The notes below the pieces were generated by a model. The model was not told where the DNA came from, ran no database searches, and saw nothing but the letters and a program-made list of their open reading frames with translations. This document shows positions 41,427-52,318 of a stretch of DNA of 64,000 nucleotides, in pieces. Position 1 is the stretch's first letter; each line of letters starts with the position of its first letter. This DNA comes from an uncultured delta proteobacterium (GTDB taxonomy: Bacteria; Desulfobacterota; Syntrophia; Syntrophales; UBA5619), in the NCBI GenBank assembly GCA_963817385.1, contig CAWFOM010000002.1, positions 1-64,000 of the forward strand, in the 5' to 3' direction. Both the position numbers and the translations under genes were made by a program.

Positions 41427-42045
41427 GGAAACCCTCGACACCTTTGATAGTCAATCCGTTGATATCCGCCCCTTTCCGTTCACCGGAGCGGGAAACCCGA
41501 ATACCCGCGTTCAGCTTTTTATGTTTTCCACCCCAGAACAGCAACCCGCATGCCAATTGAAGCTTGCATCTAAGCGCTTAAAATCGCAAAATAACTTGCA
41601 TCAATCCCTTCCCCGCTCTCGAAAAGACTGGATACCAACTATCCAGCTCCGGTATCCGGCTGGATACATAGTATCCGGCTTCTCCGTCAGAAAGTACCCT
41701 GATTCGTTGATTACACGAAAATGGATACAAAAGGAAAGGAAAATCGTTTTCTTCGGCACCGGATGCGAGGCCTGTGGGCTCGACGACCTGCCGAGATACC
41801 GCCGATAATCAGGGCGGTTACTGAACAACCATATCGTTTGACGGACGGATACGTCGATAGTCAGCTCATGAGGAAGCCAATATGATTCATCCGGTTTTTG
41901 CATACTTCCTCCTCTAATCGTTATACTCATTGAAGATGCACGATTTCAATATGAAATTATCAGCATATCATTTCCATCGTGCCCGTAGGGTTGTGGTCAT
42001 TTTTTGCGACATTCCTGAAATTTTTTTGGGAGCGATAATAAATCG

Positions 42046-42074
42046 TTGACATACCAATAGGTTCTTCTTATAGT
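42046..42074 (+). promoter_or_regulatory. Sigma70 promoter
   Basis: TTGACA-17-TATAGT. Confidence 0.65.
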
Positions 42075-42135
42075 TTCCTAACTGAAAAGAAATTCTTCTT
42101 GGATCTTGTTACTAAATACTTATGGAGGGGAAATC

Positions 42136-42702
42136 ATGAATATCACCGAACGTATCAAAGGAATTTTGCTTAGCCCCAAAGAGGAATGGCAGGTCATAGC
42201 GGGCGAAACGACATCTATTGCTGAGTTGTATAAAAACTACATTATTTTATTGGCAGCCATCGGACCGGTTGCCTCTTTTATCGGCATGTCTCTTGTGGGA
42301 GTTAGCTTGCCGGTGGGAGGAGCATACAGGGTATCGATAACAACAGGCATTATCTCTGCTGTTGTTCAGTACGGTCTCACCCTTGTCGGCGTATATATCC
42401 TCGCCTTTATTATCGATGCCCTTGCCCCTACGTTTTCAGGGGAGAAAAATCTCGGCCAAGCTTTCAAGCTGGCCACGTATTCTTATATACCGGGTTGGTT
42501 GGTCGGTATTTTCGCGCTCATCCCTGCCCTTCGGATCCTCGGTATCTTGGGATTATACGGTCTCTATCTCCTCTATATCGGGTTGCCCGTTCTCATGAAA
42601 TCACCAAAAGAAAAATCCACAGGGTACACGGTTGCCATAATCATCGCAGCAATCGTTATTTTTGTTGTGATCGGTACCATCTCACGAGTCTTTATTTCTT
42701 AA
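42136..42702 (+). CDS. Yip1/DUF1282-family membrane protein
   Basis: RIKGILLSPKEEW, IIDALAPTF, YGLYLLYIGLPVLM. Confidence 0.85.
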   Translation: MNITERIKGILLSPKEEWQVIAGETTSIAELYKNYIILLAAIGPVASFIGMSLVGVSLPVGGAYRVSITTGIISAVVQYGLTLVGVYILAFIIDALAPTFSGEKNLGQAFKLATYSYIPGWLVGIFALIPALRILGILGLYGLYLLYIGLPVLMKSPKEKSTGYTVAIIIAAIVIFVVIGTISRVFIS

Positions 42703-42780
42703 CCTACGCCGAATATGGCGATGTACCATGGGGATTGAAGCTCGTCATCGGGACGGGTGCGGTGGCCGTAGCGCCGATCA

Positions 42781-43089
42781 TTGAGGGGGGACGACTCTAC
42801 GCCGATTTCCGTCAATATCACAAGGGAATGTGAACATCGAGCGAGTCTGAGCCTGATCATCGCGCCCAATGCCAATACCGGCGGCAGCACGGAAATCATT
42901 GCCTATCCAGAGATCGCCCTCACCCTGAACGCATCTACGCAGCGTTACGAAGGGACGTTGACCGGCTCGGCCGTCTCGGGAATCTGCAAAATCGTCGTCT
43001 TTGCCAGGGTCATCAACAGAGAAGCCTCCGATATCCGGCAACGGCAGGCAACCCTGCTCACACTGCTGGATTGGTTTCATGCAAAGTAA
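42781..43089 (+). pseudogene. Probable fragment of a larger extracellular protein
   Basis: No RBS or good start; beta-rich YPEIALTLNASTQRYEGTL..KIVVFA segment. Confidence 0.3.
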
Positions 43090-43223
43090 AGAGGCGTCCT
43101 CGCGGTACAGGGTAAGACAAGCAGCGGGGTTACAGGGAGCGATTGGATAGGCGGGGCGCTCGTGTGCATATGATTCAGATGCAACAGAACGAGTAATATA
43201 GGAAATCCCCAGGGGGCGAAAGT

Positions 43224-44861
43224 ATGAAGCAAGGGCAATGGAAACTCAGTACCATTGTCATCATGTTCATGATGGCGATATTATTCTCGACGTCGAATCT
43301 TGTCTACGCCCAAACGCCTGAAGAGCAACGCAAGAAGAAGGAGCAACAGCAGCAAGAACAGCAACAACAAAGACTGCAACAAGAACAGTTGAAAAAACAA
43401 CGGGAACAACAGAAGCGTCCGACAGGGCCAACAACCGGCAGACCTACGCCGGCGACTCAGACTCAGACCGGCCAACCACCGGGTCAGAAACAACCGTCTC
43501 AACCGCGCATGCAGACCAGTCAACCCGGAACTCCCGGCGGGCAACAACCGGGGCAGCATGTCCAGCGTCCGACTGACCAGCATGGTGCAGAAGCGACACA
43601 AGGTCAATCCGGTGCTAAGGCGAACCAGCCGGGAACTTCCGGCGGGCAACAATCAGGCCAACATCTTCAGCGTCCGGCTGGAGAACCGGGAGCGGGACCG
43701 ACACGAGGCCAACCTGGTGTTAAGGCGGGCCAGCCCAAACAAGGACCGAATCAGGCAACCGTGAATGTCAGACAGCGCACGACCGTCAACATCACACAGC
43801 CGCCTCAAGAAAGACAGCGGGTGTTAACAGAGCGTCGTAACGATATCAGGCCGGAACACAATGCCAGGGCGGCCGTCCGCTTCCAAAGCGAAAGGGCGCG
43901 GTTTAAGCCTGTAAGCAGGGTGGTTGTCCATCACTCTCCGGAAATCCATCGCAGAGTGTTTGAGAATCACCACTTTCACCCTGAGACTTACCATGCCCGG
44001 CGGGCCGCATTCTATGAAACATATCGATTCCGTACCCCCGTTTGGGCTTTCGGTTTGCAGCCGAGATTCGGATTATGGGATACGCCGGCACTTGCCTTCA
44101 TTGTTGCGCATGCCGCGGACGAGCAGTATGCGTTATGGTATTATAGCCATCGTCTTGATCCTGATGTCGTTGCGTGGCGTCTGGAAATGGACAGGTTGGC
44201 GGCCGCTAATGCCGAATTGGCTTATCAGCTGGAGGTGATGGATGCGAAGGCCCAGGAGCTGCAAGCGCGCGGCGTGGAGATTGACAATTCATATGTGCCT
44301 CCTGAGATGGAAGACATTGCCCTGGCGGTTGAAGTAGCGGTACCACCGCAGGATCAGAATAATCAGGAGCCGTTACAAGTTCAACCGCAACAATATCAGC
44401 AGTACCCGCAGCCCCAGCAGTATCAGCAGCCGATACCGCGCATACCGTCCGTCCCTTACAGAAAGGCAGCCGGTATCGGTTTTATTTTGTCGGCGACAGA
44501 GAGGAAAGGCGATGTCGTCACCCTGACGGTAAGGCTGAGCAATACGGCCGCCGACGGAAGGAGCGTGGCCCTCTACGATGACAGTTACAGTTGGCCTAAG
44601 TCTCACCTGATCGATGCGAGCGGTCACTCATATGAAGTCCGGGAAGTCTATTTCCGGAAGGGTGCTGAGCGGATTTCCATATACGACACAGGAAAAACGG
44701 GCATTCCCATCGACGGAGGAGCGACCGTAACAGCCCACTTGGTCTTCAAGCAAATCTCCGACGGCTCCCGCCGGGCGACCCTCAATCTGCATCCCTTTAT
44801 TTATTATGGAAGGAGTTGGACAGAGCATGATGTGGATTTCCCGGATATTGTCCTGAAGTAA
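43224..44861 (+). CDS. Exported Gln/Pro/Gly-rich hypothetical protein
   Basis: Signal peptide, poly-Q tracts, low-complexity linker, two apparent globular domains. Confidence 0.75.
   Translation: MKQGQWKLSTIVIMFMMAILFSTSNLVYAQTPEEQRKKKEQQQQEQQQQRLQQEQLKKQREQQKRPTGPTTGRPTPATQTQTGQPPGQKQPSQPRMQTSQPGTPGGQQPGQHVQRPTDQHGAEATQGQSGAKANQPGTSGGQQSGQHLQRPAGEPGAGPTRGQPGVKAGQPKQGPNQATVNVRQRTTVNITQPPQERQRVLTERRNDIRPEHNARAAVRFQSERARFKPVSRVVVHHSPEIHRRVFENHHFHPETYHARRAAFYETYRFRTPVWAFGLQPRFGLWDTPALAFIVAHAADEQYALWYYSHRLDPDVVAWRLEMDRLAAANAELAYQLEVMDAKAQELQARGVEIDNSYVPPEMEDIALAVEVAVPPQDQNNQEPLQVQPQQYQQYPQPQQYQQPIPRIPSVPYRKAAGIGFILSATERKGDVVTLTVRLSNTAADGRSVALYDDSYSWPKSHLIDASGHSYEVREVYFRKGAERISIYDTGKTGIPIDGGATVTAHLVFKQISDGSRRATLNLHPFIYYGRSWTEHDVDFPDIVLK
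43518..43727 (+). repeat. Two tandem 105-bp (35-aa) coding repeats
   Basis: SQPGTPGGQQPGQHVQRP.. at 43518 and NQPGTSGGQQSGQHLQRP.. at 43623. Confidence 0.75.
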
Positions 44862-44909
44862 GAACGTTGTCGTCGGTCGGCCCGAGCCTTCGGAAAAAAG
44901 GAGGAACTC

Positions 44910-45545
44910 ATGAAAAAATTGATTCTATCCGGTCTGTGTATCATGTTAATACTTCCATGCGTAGCTTTTTCTCAAGTGATCCTTCCGCCGTTAAATCAAC
45001 CGACGTCCGTCGTTGTTGTTCCAAGTGGCGGAGCTGATGTCTACTTGGTACCGGGAGTGGAAGGGCTTTACTTTTTCAGAGGGAGTTGGTTTCGTCTGCA
45101 TAACGGGTATTGGTTCAAGTCACCAGCCGTTCATGGCAGGCCCTGGGCTCCAGTGGGCCTTGCTGCCGTACCGAATGCGATCATCGCTATTCCACCAACA
45201 TATATTTCAAGCATGCCTCCAGGCTATCATAGAATTCGTTTCACTGATTTCCAACACAACTGGAAACCTTGGGCGCAATCTCATCATTGGGGTAACCATG
45301 GATGGTATAAAGATCACAGGACACGTTTTTGGGGAGGGCATGCGTTTTATAATCCGAATGATGCCAGGAGGGGATGGCAAGGCAGGTATGGACATGACGG
45401 TAGACACGTTCAGCTTAATCGCGGCAGGGGTGACCGTGGCAAGCCAGAACCGGCGGATTATGGCAGGGTGGACCGTGGCAGGACAGACCGTGGCAGGCCA
45501 GGTCATGGTCAGTCAGGGCAAGATGACAGAAGCAGGAGGCGTTGA
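44910..45545 (+). CDS. Exported hypothetical protein with His/Trp-rich core and DRGR-repeat tail
   Basis: AGGAGG RBS, signal peptide; GACCGTGGCA occurs three times near the 3' end. Confidence 0.7.
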   Translation: MKKLILSGLCIMLILPCVAFSQVILPPLNQPTSVVVVPSGGADVYLVPGVEGLYFFRGSWFRLHNGYWFKSPAVHGRPWAPVGLAAVPNAIIAIPPTYISSMPPGYHRIRFTDFQHNWKPWAQSHHWGNHGWYKDHRTRFWGGHAFYNPNDARRGWQGRYGHDGRHVQLNRGRGDRGKPEPADYGRVDRGRTDRGRPGHGQSGQDDRSRRR

Positions 45546-45572
45546 TCGGAGTAATATCCCGGAGGGGGACAT

Positions 45573-46031
45573 ATGGAAAGCAAGAATACAAAATTCCTTC
45601 TTTGTTTAACGATTCTTATCCTGGTATCTGCGTTGGTAGGGTGTGCCAGCACGGAGAAAAAAAGAACGCAAGACAGCATGACTCTGCACGTACTGTTCGA
45701 TTACAACAGGGCAATCATTAAGGAACAATCCTACTCTGAGTTAAAAGAAGGAATAAACTTTATCAAGCGTTACCCTGGGTCCAAGATAGAGATCGCCGGC
45801 CATACGGATAACATCGGCACCCCCCAGTACAACCAGGCCCTCTCGGAAAAAAGGGCCGAGGCCGTACGGGAATACCTGATCAGGGAGGGAGGCGTCGACC
45901 CGGCCAAGATTTCCTCTATCGGTCACCGGGATCTTTATCCTGTTGCCCCGAACCGAAAACCGGACGGCCAGGACAATCCGGATGGCAGAGCCCAGAACCG
46001 GAGGGTCGAGATCAACATACTATCGGATTGA
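45573..46031 (+). CDS. OmpA-family lipoprotein
   Basis: LVGC lipobox; IAGHTD, YNQALSEKRA, RAQNRRVEI. Confidence 0.92.
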   Translation: MESKNTKFLLCLTILILVSALVGCASTEKKRTQDSMTLHVLFDYNRAIIKEQSYSELKEGINFIKRYPGSKIEIAGHTDNIGTPQYNQALSEKRAEAVREYLIREGGVDPAKISSIGHRDLYPVAPNRKPDGQDNPDGRAQNRRVEINILSD

Positions 46032-46116
46032 TAAAATTATTCAGCCATCCGGTCGATGAGCATCCGCCTGTCCGAATGGAGGCGGAAGAAATATTTACCG
46101 GTATGGCAAATAATCC

Positions 46117-46145
46117 TTGACTTTCTCCCCTGTCCTCTGTATAAG
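46117..46145 (+). promoter_or_regulatory. Sigma70 promoter upstream of csp leader
   Basis: TTGACT-17-TATAAG. Confidence 0.6.
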
Positions 46146-46224
46146 AACAATTGTGCTCTATCCCCGGCATGGTTGGGTAGGGTACAGTACGAGTTGGATA
46201 TAGACATTTTGAAGTGCAAAGGCG

Positions 46225-46259
46225 GCCGCCATGCTCCGAAAGAGTCTGGCGGTTTTTTT
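46225..46259 (+). terminator. Terminator-like hairpin within the csp 5' leader
   Basis: GCCGCCA..GAAA..TGGCGGT followed by a T run. Confidence 0.65.
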
Positions 46260-46313
46260 CTTTCTGTCATCGTGTTCATCCGACTAAGTGAAATTTATGA
46301 AAGGAGGATGCAA

Positions 46314-46517
46314 ATGATGTCAGAAGGTACAGTGAAGTGGTTCAATGAGCAGAAGGGCTTCGGGTTTATCGAAAAGGATGGCGGCGGAGATCTGTTTGTC
46401 CATTACAGCGCGATTCAGGCCGGCGGTTTCAAGACGTTAGCCGAGGGCCAGCGTGTCAGTTTCGATGTTGCACAGGGTCAAAAAGGTCCGGCAGCCGAAA
46501 ACGTAAAACCCGTGTAG
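46314..46517 (+). CDS. cspA: Cold-shock protein
   Basis: [34 protein letters not shown]. Confidence 0.96.
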   Translation: MMSEGTVKWFNEQKGFGFIEKDGGGDLFVHYSAIQAGGFKTLAEGQRVSFDVAQGQKGPAAENVKPV

Positions 46518-46535
46518 TTTTTTTACACAATGACC

Positions 46536-46584
46536 AAAGAGGCATTCCGGAGCGTGAGAATCTCCCCGGGGTGCCTCTTTTTTT
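46536..46584 (+). terminator. Intrinsic terminator after csp
   Basis: AAAGAGGCATTCCGG..CCGGGGTGCCTCTTT plus T run. Confidence 0.75.
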
Positions 46585-46632
46585 CGCTCATAATTTCCCC
46601 GATCGGGGAAGAGAGGCAGATGGTGGCGAACC

Positions 46633-46848
46633 ATGGCAAGAACAAAATTCACCTTCGAGAAGCGACAGAGAGAAATCGCCCGGCAACAGAAGCAAAAAGA
46701 TAAGGCGGCCCGACGCGCGGAAGCGAGGCAACCGAAGGACGGAACGGAACCGGCTCTTCAGGGTGAAAATGGCGGTACGGAAGAGGGAAACGCCGCCCTT
46801 CCCGCTGCCGCAGAGAACTCCGGCCATGGGGAAGAGATTCCCCGATAA
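46633..46848 (+). CDS. Small basic hypothetical protein
   Basis: MARTKFTFEKRQREIARQQKQKDKAARR, a type often seen next to csp genes. Confidence 0.6.
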   Translation: MARTKFTFEKRQREIARQQKQKDKAARRAEARQPKDGTEPALQGENGGTEEGNAALPAAAENSGHGEEIPR

Positions 46849-47014
46849 CCCATCCCCGTTTCTCCCTTTTTCCCAACCGTGACGATTTTCCGAGCGCTCG
46901 CGGTCATTCACGGCGTTTGCATGATCTCCGATATCCATTCTCGTTTTTCAGGCTCTTTCCCCCCCCATTTTTCTTGACAAAGAGGGGAAATCTGGTTTTA
47001 ACAATATCTATCCG

Positions 47015-47666
47015 CCATTGACAAAGGACTAAAAAAAGGTACGTGGACTGGGAGCACTGGTCCGTCCGCACGATGGAAAGACTGGGTAACGATCCACTAT
47101 GACCGGGAGGTGACCGCGGAGATGTTGCGGGAAAAAAGCCGGACGCCGTGATCCTCGCCGCGGGCGCCTATCCCGTAACGCGGCGATCCCCGGCATCGAC
47201 GGCCCCCGGGTGGTCGACGCCTGCGATCTCCTCATCGGAAAGGTTCAGCCCGCTTCCCCGCCGTCGTCCTCGGCGCCGGGTATGTGGGCATGGAAACGGC
47301 GGACTTCCTGATCGCAAGCGGCATCGGTGTCACCCTCGTCGACATGCTGCCGTCGTTGCCCGTCGGGAAGCATAAGGCCTACGCTACTGGCGAAACAAGC
47401 GGATCAAGGAGGCGGGCGGAGGAATCATCCTCGGCGCTACGGTCACCCGGATTGAAGAGGACGCAGTGGTCTACCGGCAGTCGAACGAGGGGAAATCATT
47501 ACCCGCCGCCCTGGTGGTCACGGCGATGGGGGCCAAACCGGACAACGCCCTGGAAGGAGCGCTCACGGAACTCTGCATCCAGTACCGGATCGTCGGGTAC
47601 GCCAAAAGCCCGCGGCGTCTCCTGGAAGCTATCCATGAGGGAGATCAGGCCGGGCGGGAGATCTGA
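47015..47666 (+). pseudogene. C-terminal relic of an NADH:flavin oxidoreductase (OYE/DCR-like)
   Basis: Pieces EVTAEML, PDAVILAAGA, IPGIDG, VVLGAGYVGMETADFL, EAIHEG lie in different frames; N-terminal barrel absent. Confidence 0.75.
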
Positions 47667-47677
47667 GGAAGGGCATC

Positions 47678-49145
47678 ATGGCGGCATTTGATTATGATCT
47701 CGGCGTGATCGGGGGCGGCGCAGCCGGGCTGACGGCAGCGGCGGGCGGGGCGCAGTTCGGTGCCCGGACCATCCTTATCGAAAAATCCGGGAAACTTGGC
47801 GGGGACTGCCTCCACGTGGGCTGCGTCCCCTCGAAGACCCTGATCAGGGCGGCCGGTGTCTGGGCGCAGACAGGCCGCCTGAAAGAGTTCGGCCTGCCGG
47901 AAGTTTCACGGCCGCCGGTGGATCTGGGCGCGGTCATGGACCGCGTCCAGTGCGTCATCGACCGGATACAGCGGCACGATTCCCCCGAACGGTTCTGCGG
48001 CCTGGGGGCGGAGGTCCGCTTCGGCCGGCCGGTTTTCGTCGACGGCCACACGGTCGCCGTCGACGGTCGCCGTATCTCGGCGAAGGCCTGGATCATCGCC
48101 ACGGGATCGAGCCCCGCGCTCCCGCCGGTCATGGGGCTGGCGGATCTCCCCGTCTGGACTAACGAAACGGTCTTCTCCCAAAGAAGGCTCCCGGAGCGCT
48201 TCCTGGTCCTCGGCGGCGGGCCGATCGGCCTGGAGCTGGCGCAGGCCTTCACCCGCCTGGGCTCCCGGGTCACCGTCGTGGAATTCCTGGATCAGATCCT
48301 CGGCCCGGAGGATGCGGACATCGCGGCGATCCTCCGGGAGCGTCTCGAGGCGGAAGGGATCGTCTTTCTGACCGGGACCCGGGCCGTGCGGGCCGAGAGG
48401 TCAGGGAACTCCGTCACGCTCACCGTCGTCCCGGCGAAGGGCCCCGGGGAGGAAATACTCCTGTCGGGAGACGCCCTCCTCGTCGCGGCGGGACGCAAAC
48501 CCAATATCGACGAGCTCGGCCTAGCGACCGCCGGCGTAGCGTTCACCGCCGGAGGGATCCCCACGGATGCGCGGATGAGGACCAACATCCCCCACATCTA
48601 CGCCTGCGGCGACGTCAACGGCCGGCTCCCCTTCACCCATGTAGCGGGCTACGAGGGGGGAATCGCAGTCGCCAACGCGGTCCTTCACCTGCCGCGAAAG
48701 GCGGACTACGGGAAGATCGGCTGGTGCACTTACACGGACCCGGAGGTGGCAAGCATGCGGCCTCAACGAAAAACGGGCGGCAAAGGAAGGAATCATGTAT
48801 CGCACGTTCGAGTCGCCCTTCGCGGAAAATGACCGGGCCATTGCGGAAGGGGAAACCGACGGGAAAATCAAGCTCCTGGTGAGCAAAGGCGGGAAACTGA
48901 TCGGCTGCCAGATCATCGGTCCGCATGCCGGGGAGCTCATCCATGAATGGGTCATCGCCCTCAACGCCGGCGTCCGACTTTCGACCATGGCGGGGACCGT
49001 GCACATCTATCCGACCTTGGCGGAGATCTCGAAGCGGGTGGCGCAGGAGCCGTTCACGGCGAAGATCTTCAGCGAGACCACCCGGGGAGTGCTCCGTTTC
49101 CTCTTCGACCTGAAGGGGCGGGCATGCACGCCGCCGGGCACCTGA
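47678..49145 (+). CDS. Pyridine nucleotide-disulfide oxidoreductase (LpdA/MerA-like), one frameshift near 48757
   Basis: GGGAAG, GGDCLHVGCVPSK, GGGPIGLE, YTDPEVAS then GLNE in shifted frame, HIYPTLAE. Confidence 0.88.
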
Positions 49146-49184
49146 CGGGCCTCGGGCGGGAACAGGAGGAAAAGGAGAGAAGAC

Positions 49185-49277
49185 ATGGTCAATTTGCATC
49201 TCACCCGTGACGGCAGGCTCCTGTTTGCGACTAGGAGAGCGCGCCTCTTCGCCTACGGCTTCCTCTCCCCCCGTTAA
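49185..49277 (+). pseudogene. 5' stub of an MFS transporter gene
   Basis: Strong RBS then MVNLHLTRDGRLLFATRRARLFAYGFLS, stop after 30 codons. Confidence 0.55.
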
Positions 49278-49422
49278 CGGTACCATCAATAATCACGAAT
49301 CAAGGTCCCGACTGTCGTTTCCCATTGACACCGTGGGGTCGCCGCCCCTATATTGGAGAGAAAGTTCTGAGCCGGAACGATCCGAAAGGAGACATTTCAG
49401 AAGTCTCGAAAGGAGATTCGCC

Positions 49423-50965
49423 ATGAGTTTCACGCAAACCGGTTTGCCGTTCACCGTCTTCAGCCTAGGGCTCGCCGTGGCCTCCCAGGTCGGAAAGGGA
49501 GGGGGGCAGGTCCGTCCCCCTGCCGTAGCAGGAAAGTTCTACCCGGAATCAGCGTCCATCCTCAAGCTCGCCATTGAAAAATTCATGCAGGACGCACTCC
49601 CGGCACAGGCGAAAGAGCCGCTCGCCATCGTCGTCCCCCATGCCGGCTACATCTATTCGGGCCAGATCTGCGCCGACGGCTACAATCAGGTCAAAAACAA
49701 ACCCTATGATGTGGTCGTCATCCTGGGGACCAACCACACAACCGCCGGCCTCCGGAAGATCGCCCTCTACCCGGGCGACGGATTCCGGACCCCCTTGGGA
49801 ACCGCCACCGTGGAAGGGGGGATCGTCTCGGCGCTCCTGGCCGCGAGCCCCGACTGTGTGGCCGACGCAGCACCCCACGTCCGCGAACATTCAGTCGAGG
49901 TCCAGGTCCCCTTCATCCAGCTTCTGTTCCCGAAGGCAACAATCGTCCCGGCGATCGCCGGCGAAGCGGATCCGGCCCTCTTCATCCGCTTCGGCGCCGC
50001 CCTGGCCCAGGTCCTGAAAGGGCGCAGGGCGCTCATCGTCGCAAGCTCCGATCTCTCCCATTACCCGTCGGCGGCGGATGCGGAGACTGGTGGACAAAAA
50101 GACGCTGGCGGCGATCCCCTCCCTCGATCCGGCAGTGCTCCACGCCGCCATCCGGACGCAGTTGGCCCGCCGTATCCGCGGACTCGATACCAGCGCCTGC
50201 GGCGAGGCCCCGATCATGGCGGCGATGGCCGCCGCGAAGGCCATGGGCGCGACCGGCGGAAGGGTGGTGAGTTATGCGAACTCCGGCGATCTCCCCATCG
50301 GTGAGCGGGAACGGGTCGTCGGCTACGGGGCGGTCGTTCTGGGCTCGGGCCTGGCGCCCGAGAAAGAGGCCGCACCGGACCTATCCGCAGCCGGGAAACC
50401 CCTCACGCCCGAAGACAAGCGGGCGCTCCTCGCCCTTGCCCGGGAGACCATCTCTCGCTACCTGACGACGCAGATGGTCCCCCTGCCCCGGGGGATCAGT
50501 CCCGCCGCGATGGAGCAGCGGGGGGTTTTTGTCACCCTGAAGAAGCACGGGAATCTGCGCGGATGTATCGGGAGGATGATCCCGGACCGCCCGCTCGCCA
50601 CCCTCGTCGGCATGATGGCCATCCAGGCGGCCTTCGAGGATCCCCGTTTCCGCCCGGTGACCCTGGAAGAGGTGCCGAAGATCGAGATCGAAATCTCCGT
50701 CCTAACTCCGATGAAGCAGGTTTCCGGTCCCGGGGATATTGAAGTCGGCCGGGACGGCGTCCTCTTCCAGAAGGGAAGGTCCTCGGCGGTCTTCCTCCCC
50801 CAGGTCGCACCCGAACAGGGGTGGGGTCGCGAAGAGATGCTCTGCAATCTCTGCCAGAAAGCGGGACTCCAAGCGAGCGCCTGGCAGGAAGGGGGGGCGT
50901 GTTTCTCCACCTTTCAGGCGGAGGTATTCGGTGAAGCGGACGGCAACAAGCATTCATCAGATTGA
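49423..50965 (+). CDS. amrB: AmmeMemoRadiSam protein B (MEMO1) - protein A (AMMECR1) fusion, one frameshift near 50088
   Basis: RPPAVAGKFYP, PHAGYIYSG, EHSVEVQ, SSDLSHY; after the shift ACG, SGD, VVGY, GVFVTL, LRGCIG, DPRF, FLPQV. Confidence 0.88.
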
Positions 50966-50986
50966 TCGACCCGTCAGGAGGAGACC

Positions 50987-52159
50987 ATGAACGAAGAGCG
51001 GATACCCGTGGCGGACCTCGCAACCCCCGCCGTCATCATCTATCTGGATGTCCTGGAGGCGAACATCGCCGAGATGACAAGGCTCGCCCGCGAGGCGGGA
51101 GTCAGGCTGCGCCCCCACACGAAGATCCACGAATGCCCGGAGATCGCCGGGATGCAGATCGCAGGCGGCGCCTGCGGAATCGAGGTGGGCGCGATCGAGC
51201 GGGCGCTCTGCATGGCCGACGCAGGGATCGGTGATATCCTCATCGCCCACCCATTCGCCGGCGACCACAAGCTCGCCATCCTGCGACGGCTCCTCGGAAA
51301 ACCGGGACTCAAGATCACCGTGATCGTGGACATGGCGGAGCAGGCGGAGGAGATCTCCCGGACGGGGGAAGCCCTTGGCAAAACGATTCCCGTTCTTATG
51401 AAGATCAATACGGGCGGGAACCGGTTCGGCGTCCTCCCTGGCGAGCCGGCGCTCAACCTGGCCAAGCAGCTCTGCCGCCTCTCGGGAATTGCCTTTGAGG
51501 GCATCTATGCTCACGAATCGGGCGGAAAGCCTACTCCGGAGAGCCTGGAGAGCGTGGCGCACCAGACCGCCACGCTGACGGCCGAAACCGCAAGGCTGCT
51601 GGCACAAGCGGGGATCCCCGCCCACCACGTCTCTGTGGGGGCCTCTCCCACGCTCCGGGCCGCGTGCTCCCTCCTGAAGGGGGGGCGGTTCCCCGAGATC
51701 ACGGAGGTCCACCCGGGGCACTGCGCAATCGGCGACATCTGGCACGTCCGGGCGCTCGCCAACCCGCGGGAGGCATGCGCGGCCGCAGTCCTCTGCAGCG
51801 TCATGAGCGCCGTCGATCCGCGGCAGGTGATCATCGATGCGGGCTACAAAACCTTCGGGGCCGACTCGCTTATCCAGTACCGCGATCAGCCGGGATTCTT
51901 CCGGGAAGGAACGCCGAGCTACGGTTCCATCCAGGGCCGCCCGGACCTCTGGATGGGGAAGATCTCCGCGGAGACGGCGGCCGTGCAATACACCGATCCG
52001 GACATGGCACCGGGAAAACGGCTCCGGATCGGCGAGAGGCTGGAGATCATCCCCAACAACGCGACGCTCGCCATCAGCATGCAAGAGCGGATCTACGGGG
52101 TAAGAAACGGCCTGGTCGAACGGATCTTTGCGGTGGCCGGAAGAGGCGGAGCGCCCTAA
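50987..52159 (+). CDS. Alanine-racemase-fold PLP enzyme (D-threonine aldolase / DSD1-like)
   Basis: TPA, LRPHTKIHE, SVGASPT, IDAGYK, IIPN. Confidence 0.88.
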   Translation: MNEERIPVADLATPAVIIYLDVLEANIAEMTRLAREAGVRLRPHTKIHECPEIAGMQIAGGACGIEVGAIERALCMADAGIGDILIAHPFAGDHKLAILRRLLGKPGLKITVIVDMAEQAEEISRTGEALGKTIPVLMKINTGGNRFGVLPGEPALNLAKQLCRLSGIAFEGIYAHESGGKPTPESLESVAHQTATLTAETARLLAQAGIPAHHVSVGASPTLRAACSLLKGGRFPEITEVHPGHCAIGDIWHVRALANPREACAAAVLCSVMSAVDPRQVIIDAGYKTFGADSLIQYRDQPGFFREGTPSYGSIQGRPDLWMGKISAETAAVQYTDPDMAPGKRLRIGERLEIIPNNATLAISMQERIYGVRNGLVERIFAVAGRGGAP

Positions 52160-52318
52160 GAACACCGCTGGCCGCCGGCATAACACCCCGTAACGGATAG
52201 GGGGACAAAAGTAATTTCGGTTCATCTGGTTGATGCGTACGTATCTCTCGTCACTTACTTGTCAATCCGCTTATTCTACCGGGAGGGGCCGATTTCTTAG
52301 ATAAGAGGAGGAATTATA

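Noticed and set aside
41601..41930. Minus-strand ORF with a good RBS before MQKPDES
   Set aside because: No recognisable family; overlaps the probable regulatory region of the tolC operon.
47678..49145. Mercuric reductase merA
   Set aside because: No C-terminal Cys-Cys pair, no metal-binding N-domain and no mer genes nearby.
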